Below are positions 8,601 through 15,245 of a DNA stretch of 33,651 bases, in pieces. Every line of letters begins with the position of its first letter. The first letter of the stretch is position 1. The position numbers were made by a program, and so were the translations under genes. The notes beneath the pieces are model-generated. The model was not told where the DNA came from and searched no databases. It saw only the letters and a list, made by a program, of their open reading frames with translations. This DNA is from Candidatus Aenigmatarchaeota archaeon (GTDB lineage Archaea; Aenigmatarchaeota; Aenigmatarchaeia; GW2011-AR5): NCBI GenBank assembly GCA_043803505.1, contig JAZDJX010000035.1:1-33651 (forward strand). The letters are read 5' to 3'.

Positions 8601-10114
8601 CATTCAAACAGCCTTCTAAATTCTGCCTGTGCATAACCATCAAGAATGCGCTTGCCTTTGTTTATCGCAGAACGAAGATGGGGATTGTCAACATCAACCC
8701 AACCTTCTTTTGTCTTCATTTTTCCATGTTGGGCATGTTCTGTATCCCTTTCAATCTTCCCTTTCAGCAGGCTTGTGCGCAGCAATCCATGCGCAGTGTC
8801 GCCTGCTCCTTGCGCCCCGCCTTGATAAGGGCTTCCAATACGGGGGCGGTCAGTATGTACTACATCATCATATTTTTTATAAAAAGCTGTTATCTTCATA
8901 TCTTTATCTTCTATAGTAACAGTCCTTTTTCCCTTTTCTCCACCATCTTCCCATTTCTCAAAAACCCATAATATTTTTTTCCCATCTAAATGTGATTTTG
9001 GAACTTCAACTTCATATGTTGTATTTTCTATAGCTGGATGAATGTAACGAGTTCGTCCAACAATTTGTTTATCTATTGCTACCTTAACACCATCGATTGG
9101 TGTTGAATCAATAATAAGATTAAGTGTTTCAAAATATGCAGTAATTGTCATGAGTTCAACAACCTGCACATATCTTCTTGGGTCTGTAGAGCCATCATCC
9201 CATTTTGAAAATCTGTATTTAATATATGCACTGCCTTTTCGAAATGTTTTTTCAAGCTCAAGAACCTCGACTAAAAGTGTATCACCTTTCTTACACAGTT
9301 CACGTGTCGTAGTTACATAAGGTTCGCCTTTTTCATTCTTTTCTTTATCGTTTATTTTTATTTTAACACCGTGAAACGGTTGTGATACAACCTTAAGTGA
9401 CACCTCACTTTCATGGCCGGATGTTTTGTACACAGCTGTAATTGAATGATTCTGGTCCATAATTATCTCATAATATGTGCCGTCAGCTGCACCACTCCCA
9501 ACCGACATTCCTGATCCAACATTTTTGTTATCCAGTTCCCAGTGGTCAAATACAGATCCAGGATTTGGCATTTGCTTTATAGTTACACTTTTATTTGGTG
9601 GATATGAATGGCTGGTGTACGCAGATGGTGTTGTTATACCCGCTTTTTTTGGATGCACAGCCACAGCTAGAACATACCAGTCAGAACTTCCTTTATCCTC
9701 AGTTTTCCCAGGGGGCAAGGCATATTTCCACGGCTCACCAGCCGTCAAAAGCTTTCTTTCCGGTCCAGGCAGTAATTGTTTTCTTTCAGGTCCAGCCGTC
9801 AAAAGCTTTCTTTCCGGTCCAGGCAGTAATTGTTTTCGTTCAGGACCTGTTGTCAAAAGTTTTTGCGAACCTGAATCTCCAATAAAAATGAATTGTTTTC
9901 CACAATGGTCACATTGGTAGACATGTCTTCTTGGTGGATTGTAATTTGTTGGAGTCCGTATATTCATGTTGTATAAGATTCCAGGTCCGCCGCTGTCGCA
10001 GTCCGGGCAATCAATGCCTTCCAGTCTCGCCTCAAGGCCGGTTTTTCTTGTTACCCTTTCGACAGTATGTTCTTTATTTGTGATGTAGTCGCGGATTTTC
10101 AGTTTTTCAGCCAT
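5621..10114 (-). CDS. Giant (1,497 aa) five-TM surface protein: zinc ribbon + repeats / 5 TM / CARDB-like + Cys-rich + SLT-type lytic transglycosylase domain
   Basis: A 4,494-nt uninterrupted ORF in AT-rich DNA. Segments read from the translation: aa 36-71 CPDC...CDHC; aa 84-126 GPERK(Q/L)LL repeats; aa ~145-413 three beta-rich repeats ending F..W[ED][DN]G...ITA[VFY][YF]; aa 440-690 charged helical region; aa 700-835 five hydrophobic helices; aa ~905-1175 CARDB-like (VITVIKNEGKDYEAKDIRV); aa 1188-1252 Cys-rich; aa 1283-1485 the SLT motifs QQESGF, SSFGVMQL, NIWLGVQWL, ALRAYNGLG. Confidence 0.85.
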   Translation of the reverse strand: MAEKLKIRDYITNKEHTVERVTRKTGLEARLEGIDCPDCDSGGPGILYNMNIRTPTNYNPPRRHVYQCDHCGKQFIFIGDSGSQKLLTTGPERKQLLPGPERKLLTAGPERKQLLPGPERKLLTAGEPWKYALPPGKTEDKGSSDWYVLAVAVHPKKAGITTPSAYTSHSYPPNKSVTIKQMPNPGSVFDHWELDNKNVGSGMSVGSGAADGTYYEIIMDQNHSITAVYKTSGHESEVSLKVVSQPFHGVKIKINDKEKNEKGEPYVTTTRELCKKGDTLLVEVLELEKTFRKGSAYIKYRFSKWDDGSTDPRRYVQVVELMTITAYFETLNLIIDSTPIDGVKVAIDKQIVGRTRYIHPAIENTTYEVEVPKSHLDGKKILWVFEKWEDGGEKGKRTVTIEDKDMKITAFYKKYDDVVHTDRPRIGSPYQGGAQGAGDTAHGLLRTSLLKGKIERDTEHAQHGKMKTKEGWVDVDNPHLRSAINKGKRILDGYAQAEFRRLFEWDFNLKYANSKIGKKGTEVVRLEGLKKNAKDAEKELKRLMRKQHGLWKGSGMNSMDMLNQVGKHESAAGGANAIDPAMLNAMKQESIILSEFIKARDDFEKNFNNDLNAASAQLKKYLEDKAETVTIGVARRWKIPLNSDDQEALKNELKGYASEIAEDFVTRGRTTAFRGLRFLKSMSRGMMTVGDVYENLLHNIINIVIGPWTVGTAIVIIQFYFVLSWIGYYPLLLLIMPAMGAVILFIINIEAVQQPFDFITHLASGAMLAYAVIIFMYSFGLTQANIGNTWFFVLGGLILFLFVGVFQIYQVGGYKSVRTLAVVVLVFGYVALGPYSGYYQIIKEQVKAPVSIAFNALKGAVGDVWLLATNPTEFYARQQMRNVRPENPLDYPKALEFMSIDALPESVPGWEEFSVITVIKNEGKDYEAKDIRVSASCNTFCEEKNVKIDKNEKFNIPTEASDRITYEGFLALSLQEERQAEVRFAKVSVNMTYLYSTDSSIFVEVMSRDEIKRRESEGKTVYRPVGAVGKSTPAQISMNVGPQPLEGNKNAILLISVLNTRPDATIRLYKGDQILLHFPSIIGTFLTEGNDDKKVDCTGKVSCEFTDDKKEDVTCTVLPDEDKAIEILQYKFQSIFFFTCKFHTAAVQDVKTGLVTASMEKFEVNVMKDKQILVTPPLGPYADADEKTCESCGKGIMPCTRSKCESMKGAKCYFIEHPMLPGECKSCANAKCENFLSDEQCGDASRVCGLPCQWDPNAKRVENNVEKIGACVSKEVVTGDNIIENVIAAAELTGFSREDTETILKLVQQESGFRHCCAVAGQRKAGSCKQVAELWKTCPETNILMSYDGSSFGVMQLNKKVHPAWYNPYSSLSECKSKYYKTPKSNQDVECGMIYSANCEAGKKTSYDVDCNIWLGVQWLKKLEGQYANGGLDYNVPGDGYQDCTGKPPKHYDGMDAALRAYNGLGCTNDIYDYVENIKNNDVGGYKNLLDKHFGSG
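9741..9848 (-). repeat. Tandem 54-bp coding repeat (two units, each two 27-bp sub-repeats) encoding GPERK(Q/L)LL(P/TA)
   Basis: Units 9741-9794 and 9795-9848 are identical over their first 43 nt and differ at a few 3' positions. Confidence 0.9.
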
Positions 10115-10151
10115 TTAACCACTCGAATGACAAATATTCGATACCAACATC

Positions 10152-10246
10152 TATAGTGAAACAAGAAAATAATACCTACATTACAACTTGTTTCACATAT
10201 AGTCACAAAAGGTGTAATATAATAATTATTTCTTTTGATGACTATA
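10152..10246. repeat. Paired long-hairpin intergenic element (type A/D)
   Basis: hp1 pairs GTGAAACAAG (10156-10165) with CTTGTTTCAC (10187-10196) around a 21-nt loop. hp2 pairs TATAG-TCACAAAAG (10198-10211) with CTTTTGaTGA-CTATA (10232-10246) and has one bulge. The architecture matches 31942-32038. Confidence 0.7.
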
Positions 10247-10341
10247 ACTAATAATTATTGAATTGACCGTAATAAAAAGATTTTTAAGAAAAATCAAAAC
10301 GTTCAGCAATGCTGCCGAATTACGTTTGGTGACATGTTATT

Positions 10342-10572
10342 TTATCCTATATACTCAATGCTCTTGAACTCTTTCCTAAGATTATAGAAATTTCTCTCAT
10401 CCTCAGGCAGTTCATTTAGCAGTGAATTCAGAATGACAGAAAGTGTTTTTATTTTTGTCTTGACTTCCTTGTAGCTTATGCCGCCTACTCCATAGAGGGT
10501 CTTTAGCTGACGTAACTCACGCTCTATCTTGTATATTTCCTCGTAGGCATCCTTGCCTTTTGGTGTAAGCAT
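10342..10572 (-). CDS. Small helical hypothetical protein (76 aa)
   Basis: ATG-initiated ORF on the same strand, between the 370-aa anchored protein and the giant gene. The sequence is charged and helical with no recognised motif. Confidence 0.5.
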   Translation of the reverse strand: MLTPKGKDAYEEIYKIERELRQLKTLYGVGGISYKEVKTKIKTLSVILNSLLNELPEDERNFYNLRKEFKSIEYIG

Positions 10573-10619
10573 GAATATTATTTTTATGCGGCTGAATAAA
10601 AAGGTTTTTTAGAAAGAAA

Positions 10620-11732
10620 CTAGACCTTTACCTTCACGCCTATGTTCTTCACATAGAATCCTGAGTCATCCAGGCCCTTTATGATAAGAGAATTTGTGCC
10701 CTCTTTGACATCCTGCTTGCTGAAATAAAATGTATATGACTTTTCCTCAGCCCTGTCAAAGTCGCTGTAGGTTGTTTCTGCTACCCTGACAGAAAAGCCA
10801 CCGCTCTTTTTCACTCTCGGTACATCAAAGCTTATGATGCCAACCTTCATGCTATTATATTGTGCATTGCTGATTCTGAATTCTGTAATAAGTTCAGTTT
10901 CTATGTTTTTGACGAAGAATATATTGATAAATGCATTACCTGAAATCTTTGTATCTTTTCCTGGCTTGAATAGAAGAACATTATTGTCACGTACCATGTC
11001 AGATTTTTTTAGTGTCAGTGTCTGCATGTCGCGCACTGCGCCTGAATATATGGTCTTCCCGTTAAGCTCAAGATTCAGTATGCCAATGCTTTGATTCAAT
11101 CTTAGAACTATGTTGCCTTCCCTGAAAGTATCATATTCCACGCCAAGAGAAAATTTGTAGTCTGTTGTGTCCTGATATGTCGAAAAAAGAGTGATACTGG
11201 CATCTGTGAGCCCGTACAGCGACGGAGCCCACAATCTTATACCAGAGCTCATGGTTTCTATTTCAACAAGCATATCATCTGACAATCCCTCGCTTATTGA
11301 AAATTCATATCTGCCTGGTTCTAAAATCTTCTCCACTGCTGTTTTGCCGTTTATCCTGATCACAAGCGGCGCATAAGAGTTTGTCCTGTTGACAGAAAAA
11401 CTTATCTTCATCTCGTTTATGTTCCCGCCAATCCTGTATACAATGCTGCTTTTTCCTGAGAGCAGCCCGTTGTATACATCCTTGTTTCCCAATTCAATCT
11501 TTTTTGAATCAGCAAGATCTGATGCCTTAAACTCTGTTTTCAGCGTATCCGCCCTGTCAGCGCTACTCATACCAACAAATTGTGAACCAGCCGTATCACT
11601 GCTGATGTTCAACGGTACATATCCGCCGTTTCCTGCGCCAATAGCTGTGTCAATGCTGACACCGTTGGTTATAACAATCAATGCAGCGAGTATAACCAGC
11701 CCTGCTACAAGAAATGCTATAAATTCATCCAT
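10620..11732 (-). CDS. N-terminally anchored surface protein (M-D-E-F N-terminus)
   Basis: The track starts at GTG 11741. ATG 11732 gives MDEFIAFLVAGLVILAALIVITNG, a hydrophobic helix directly after an acidic residue. The remainder is beta-rich. It lies upstream of and co-oriented with the giant gene. Confidence 0.7.
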   Translation of the reverse strand: MDEFIAFLVAGLVILAALIVITNGVSIDTAIGAGNGGYVPLNISSDTAGSQFVGMSSADRADTLKTEFKASDLADSKKIELGNKDVYNGLLSGKSSIVYRIGGNINEMKISFSVNRTNSYAPLVIRINGKTAVEKILEPGRYEFSISEGLSDDMLVEIETMSSGIRLWAPSLYGLTDASITLFSTYQDTTDYKFSLGVEYDTFREGNIVLRLNQSIGILNLELNGKTIYSGAVRDMQTLTLKKSDMVRDNNVLLFKPGKDTKISGNAFINIFFVKNIETELITEFRISNAQYNSMKVGIISFDVPRVKKSGGFSVRVAETTYSDFDRAEEKSYTFYFSKQDVKEGTNSLIIKGLDDSGFYVKNIGVKVKV

Positions 11733-11887
11733 ATTAATCACTCAAAATATATTACTTTAGAGTAACTATAATACATAGATTTTTAAAGCTTTCCTTTCCA
11801 TGAAAACAAAAGGGTTAAAAACTTTTGAGGCTTATGTTAAATACCATAAACAATCAAAAAATTCAGCAAAACTGGAGGTGTAAAAGA

Positions 11888-12169
11888 ATGTCAGAAAAAG
11901 CAGCGGAAAACGTAATCTTCGTTGGAAAGAAACCGTTAATGGTCTACGTCCTTTCAGTCATGACACAGTTTAGCAACGGACAGGATGAAATAATGTTGAA
12001 GGCAAGGGGCAAGTCAGTAGGAAAGGCTGTTGACATAGCAGAAATCGTAAGAAACAAGTTCCTGACAAACGCATCAGTCAAAAACATAAAAATAGGTACA
12101 GAGCAGATAGTGGCTGAAAACAAGGACAAATTCAACGTTTCAACCATCGAAATAACAATGAAGAAGTAA
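11888..12169 (+). CDS. albA: Alba DNA/RNA-binding protein
   Basis: 93 aa from ATG 11888, with GGAGGTG (11874-11880) 7 nt upstream. Sequence NVIFVGKKPLMVYVLSVMTQF...KARGKSVGKAVDIAEIVRNKF is typical of Alba. The upstream part of the track's longer frame is probably not translated. Confidence 0.9.
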   Translation: MSEKAAENVIFVGKKPLMVYVLSVMTQFSNGQDEIMLKARGKSVGKAVDIAEIVRNKFLTNASVKNIKIGTEQIVAENKDKFNVSTIEITMKK

Positions 12170-12179
12170 AAATCTGAAC

Positions 12180-12198
12180 TTTTTTTCTTTTTTTTTTG
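12180..12198 (+). terminator. Oligo-T terminator after albA
   Basis: T8-C-T10 tract starts 11 nt after the albA stop. Archaeal RNA polymerase terminates at oligo-T tracts. Confidence 0.55.
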
Positions 12199-12273
12199 AA
12201 TTCTAAGTCATTCAAAGGATGTCATTTCCCAATTTTCTATTTTTGTTGTGAAAAGCCCCAATAAAAAGTTAGC

Positions 12274-12281
12274 TTTATATA
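12274..12281 (+). promoter_or_regulatory. Candidate TATA box (TTTATATA) for the pilin-like gene at 12313
   Basis: Consensus-like TTTATATA lies about 35 nt upstream of ATG 12313. It is flanked by a direct repeat AAAAGTTAG (12264-12272 and 12294-12302). Confidence 0.4.
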
Positions 12282-12312
12282 TTACTGCTAATAAAAGTTA
12301 GATAGTGATTTG

Positions 12313-12639
12313 ATGAAGGGTTTAGAACTTCCTATAAGCATGATTGTGGTCATTGCCATAGCAGTGCTGGTTCTTGTGATTGTCGCAGCATTCTTCACAA
12401 ATATTTTCGGAGGCACTGTCAACGATATCAACCTAGACAGCGCCATACAGAGTGCATGCAGCAACCTGCAGTTCACATACAATTGCAATATAGACAGATG
12501 GAATGAAGTATATTCAATGTACAAGGCGCCTGGAAAAGATGAAGAGCAGAGAACAAGCCTTGAGGAACTGTGTGACCTGAAAGGCATGGATATCAAGGCA
12601 TGTGCAGGAAAATGTGGATGCCCTATACCAAATATATAG
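12313..12639 (+). CDS. Class-III signal peptide (type IV pilin-like) protein, Cys-rich
   Basis: MKG|LELPISMIVVIAIAVLVLVIVAAFF has a basic residue plus Gly followed by a long hydrophobic helix. The C-terminal half contains 7 Cys. Confidence 0.75.
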   Translation: MKGLELPISMIVVIAIAVLVLVIVAAFFTNIFGGTVNDINLDSAIQSACSNLQFTYNCNIDRWNEVYSMYKAPGKDEEQRTSLEELCDLKGMDIKACAGKCGCPIPNI

Positions 12640-12676
12640 TGTGAAACAAATTCTTCAGCGTCAAGGAATAGATTAA

Positions 12677-13684
12677 TTATCCCCACTTGTCAAGCGATTT
12701 TTGCTCGCCTCTGCTTTCATCAAGTTTTTTTAATGCATTTTCAATGCGCTCTTCTGAAAACTCATGCTCATCGCATAGAATCTGCTTTACTTTTTCCGGA
12801 TAAGGCTCATGAAATTTTATGTCATAGCTGCATTTGAGAGGCTTGCGGAAAAACTCGTATATCTCTTCCATGGAAATATCAAAATCCCATATAACAGATT
12901 TCTTGACGGCATTCAGGGTTTTTTCTTTCACAAGCTCAAGCGCCTTTTTTGGCCCGTATCCTGTTACGCCACCAGGATTATAATCTGTGCCTGCAAGAAT
13001 GCCTATGAGTATAAGCTGGCTTTGATTTATGTCAAGTTCCCTGAGGGCATCATTGAGTATTATTATCTCAGGATTTATTGTAACATAACCGCCAGCTCTC
13101 TTTCGCCTTCCGCTTATGGAAAGGTTTCTCACAACCCTCGGGCAGCCAAAAAGCAGTGCATCATAATCCTGTGTTGCAGCAGCATAGGCATCGCCTTTCA
13201 TTGTTATCAGTGTGCACAACGCCTCACCTTCTGATGGCGCCTGAATATTTGGTATGCCCATGGCATCAAGCAACTGCTTGCTGTCGTCTATAATTTCATC
13301 AGTTATCGTTGCTGAGCGCTGTGCATATTTTCTTGCACCCTCAAAATCCTCTTTTTGTAACGCTTCCTTCCATGCATGCAAAGCCTCAAGCCGTATATCA
13401 CGCCTTTTTTCAGTAGTTTCTTTTTTAAGAACAGGTGGCTCGCCGTCAAAAACATATATGGGTTTTATGCCTGTCTCAAGCAGTCTCATATTTCTGTAAA
13501 ACAAGCCTGAAAGATGTGATGTTACCCTTCCTTTTGAATCCTCTAATGGTTTTCCATCCTTCTGTCTTATTATCGTGAGAAACTGGTAAATCCAGTTAAA
13601 TGCATCTATTGCAATGCGTTTTCCAGAAAGTTGTTCTAATCCTATCTCATTTGCCTTTATGATGTCACCGAGCTGGACACCCAT
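12677..13684 (-). CDS. fen: Flap endonuclease 1
   Basis: From ATG 13684: MGVQLGDII...KRIAIDAFNWIYQFL...GIKPIYVFDGEPP...GTDYNPGG. These are the canonical archaeal FEN-1/XPG N and I regions. The track frame starts 3 codons earlier at GTG. Confidence 0.92.
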   Translation of the reverse strand: MGVQLGDIIKANEIGLEQLSGKRIAIDAFNWIYQFLTIIRQKDGKPLEDSKGRVTSHLSGLFYRNMRLLETGIKPIYVFDGEPPVLKKETTEKRRDIRLEALHAWKEALQKEDFEGARKYAQRSATITDEIIDDSKQLLDAMGIPNIQAPSEGEALCTLITMKGDAYAAATQDYDALLFGCPRVVRNLSISGRRKRAGGYVTINPEIIILNDALRELDINQSQLILIGILAGTDYNPGGVTGYGPKKALELVKEKTLNAVKKSVIWDFDISMEEIYEFFRKPLKCSYDIKFHEPYPEKVKQILCDEHEFSEERIENALKKLDESRGEQKSLDKWG

Positions 13685-13777
13685 ACATAACACTATAATA
13701 TTTGGCTTATGTTAATAAAAAGTTATCATAAAACACGATATAGCCAAGATGTTTGGCTCTGTAGAAAGCGGCATAGA

Positions 13778-13811
13778 CTTTTCTTTGTTTCCCCATTTCA
13801 TAGAGGAAAAG
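13778..13811 (-). terminator. T/A-rich inverted repeat (CTTTTC...GAAAAG) downstream of the pilin-like gene at 13865..14236
   Basis: CTTTTCTTT (13778-13786) and GAAAAGAAAG (13806-13815) are separated by about 20 nt. The same motif occurs as three tandem copies at 26129-26268. It gives oligo-T stretches on both strands. Confidence 0.4.
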
Positions 13812-13864
13812 AAAGAAAAACACGGATAAACAGATTTTTTGTTTCCTGTAGAGATGTTTCGTAT

Positions 13865-14236
13865 TCATCTCATACAATACATGCTGCAGCAGCTTCGTAT
13901 GCAATTTATATCACCGATTTTTGTAGGGTCAAGCGTTGTTTTGCCTTTGCACTGAGGATATCCGCCTCCCTTGTTTGCATCAGCAAGCCTCTTGCATGTA
14001 TCAGCCAGACCTTTAAGTGTTTCTTCTGCTTCGCCTTTCTTATCTGCTGTCAGACCATCGCAGCTGCCGTCAAATCTTGCATATGCAGAGCAGTAAACAG
14101 CCTGTCTCTCAGTAAGTTTTGTGAAATCTTCAGTCGGAATGGATATCATCCTGAAATATACCAGAAGCGAGCTCATGACAGTCACTGCGATTATGATAAA
14201 CACAATGGTTTCTATTGCAAGCGAAACTCCTTTCAT
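13865..14236 (-). CDS. Class-III signal peptide (type IV pilin-like) protein, Cys-rich
   Basis: MKG|VSLAIETIVFIIIAVTVMSSLLVYF. The extracellular part has 9 Cys. Its layout resembles the 12313 gene. Confidence 0.75.
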   Translation of the reverse strand: MKGVSLAIETIVFIIIAVTVMSSLLVYFRMISIPTEDFTKLTERQAVYCSAYARFDGSCDGLTADKKGEAEETLKGLADTCKRLADANKGGGYPQCKGKTTLDPTKIGDINCIRSCCSMYCMR

Positions 14237-14282
14237 ATTACAGCACCATAATCAGTTTATTTTGGTTATATAAAAAATTATT

Positions 14283-14435
14283 CTACGGTGACATGCCCCT
14301 GAAAAAATTGCTTATGAACGACAGTCCCTTGTTAAGAAACTGGCCCTGGTTTGTCACAAATAATATCAAAACAACAAGAACCGACATGCCGAAAATTAGG
14401 CCTATCACAGCGATATGAGGAAGTTCATATTCCAT
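14283..14435 (-). CDS. Small hydrophobic protein (50 aa), not in the ORF track
   Basis: My reverse-strand translation: MEYELPHIAVIGLIFGMSVLVVLILFVTNQGQFLNKGLSFISNFFRGMSP*. One TM helix. It sits inside the pilin-like operon. Confidence 0.4.
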   Translation of the reverse strand: MEYELPHIAVIGLIFGMSVLVVLILFVTNQGQFLNKGLSFISNFFRGMSP

Positions 14436-14460
14436 GGATATAATTATTGTCAAGGACATA

Positions 14461-14610
14461 TATAGTTAACCAGCAAAAGAATTGGAATATGTTTGTTGGT
14501 TAACTTATACATGGTGAAGCAAAGCTTCACCTGTACAAGTGGAACTTTGTTCCACTATGTAGCAGTCAACTTTTATAATTTCTTCCGATTGTTAAGTTGA
14601 CTAGCTATAA
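14461..14610. repeat. Four-hairpin intergenic element (type B/C)
   Basis: hp0 pairs AGTTAACCA (14464-72) with TGGTTAACT (14497-505). After CAT, hp1 pairs GGTGAAGC with GCTTCACC around an aaa loop (14513-31). After TGTACA, hp2 pairs AGTGGAAC with GTTCCACT around a ttt loop (14538-56). After ATGTAGC, hp3 pairs AGTCAACTT (14564-72) with AAGTTGACT (14594-602), followed by AGCTATAA. Confidence 0.75.
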
Positions 14611-14648
14611 ATTTCTGGTTAAAGTGAAATTTCCGGAAAAAATAAAGA

Positions 14649-15215
14649 TTATTCTATAGGAACCTCTTTGCCGCATTTTCCATTCAGCCTTACACCGCCA
14701 ATCAATCTTTTTACACACTGCTTGACAAATGTGTTTTTATCTGCGTTAATGTCATGTGAAAGATCCACGCAAAGTTCGTTGCTCTTGAAGAATCCTATAA
14801 AAAATGATTCATTTGTGCCCCATCCTGTATTGGAATAGACAGTCACAGTCATGCTGAAAACATTTTTTCCATCCTTCTCAAGTTTAACGGTGTCGCTGCC
14901 TGCAATTTTTTCCTTGAAGAATACAACTGGTATGGCATCAACATTTTGAGTTCCATCATAGACTATTCCGAGGTTTGTGATTAAAATTTCAAACTTGAAA
15001 TTGCCTTCATAGTTTGCTATCTCATCGGCTGTCGCCTGTATGCATGTAAGATTTATTGTACCCTTATATTTTGGCGAAAGTGTGAAAAACATGTCTTCAT
15101 CGGGCTTTCCGAGCCATTTGTAAACAATGTCCTTGCCAGCTGCGAAAATCGTAATCACTAAAGCAAGCGTAATAATCATTGTAAGAAACTTGAACGTCGT
15201 GGTAATTTCAACCAT
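14649..15215 (-). CDS. N-terminally anchored pilin-like/surface protein (M-V-E-I N-terminus)
   Basis: MVEITTTFKFLTMIITLALVITIFAAGK is followed by a beta-rich 160-aa domain with 4 Cys. It belongs to the minus-strand operon. Confidence 0.7.
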   Translation of the reverse strand: MVEITTTFKFLTMIITLALVITIFAAGKDIVYKWLGKPDEDMFFTLSPKYKGTINLTCIQATADEIANYEGNFKFEILITNLGIVYDGTQNVDAIPVVFFKEKIAGSDTVKLEKDGKNVFSMTVTVYSNTGWGTNESFFIGFFKSNELCVDLSHDINADKNTFVKQCVKRLIGGVRLNGKCGKEVPIE

Positions 15216-15245
15216 AAGTACTATTTGTTCTTGGTATTAAAATAT

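Noticed and set aside
13709-14251. 180-aa plus-strand ORF
   Set aside because: It lies antisense to the well-supported class-III pilin-like gene 13865..14236 and spans the fen promoter region. Its Cys/Phe-rich composition is typical of an antisense reading of AT-rich coding DNA.
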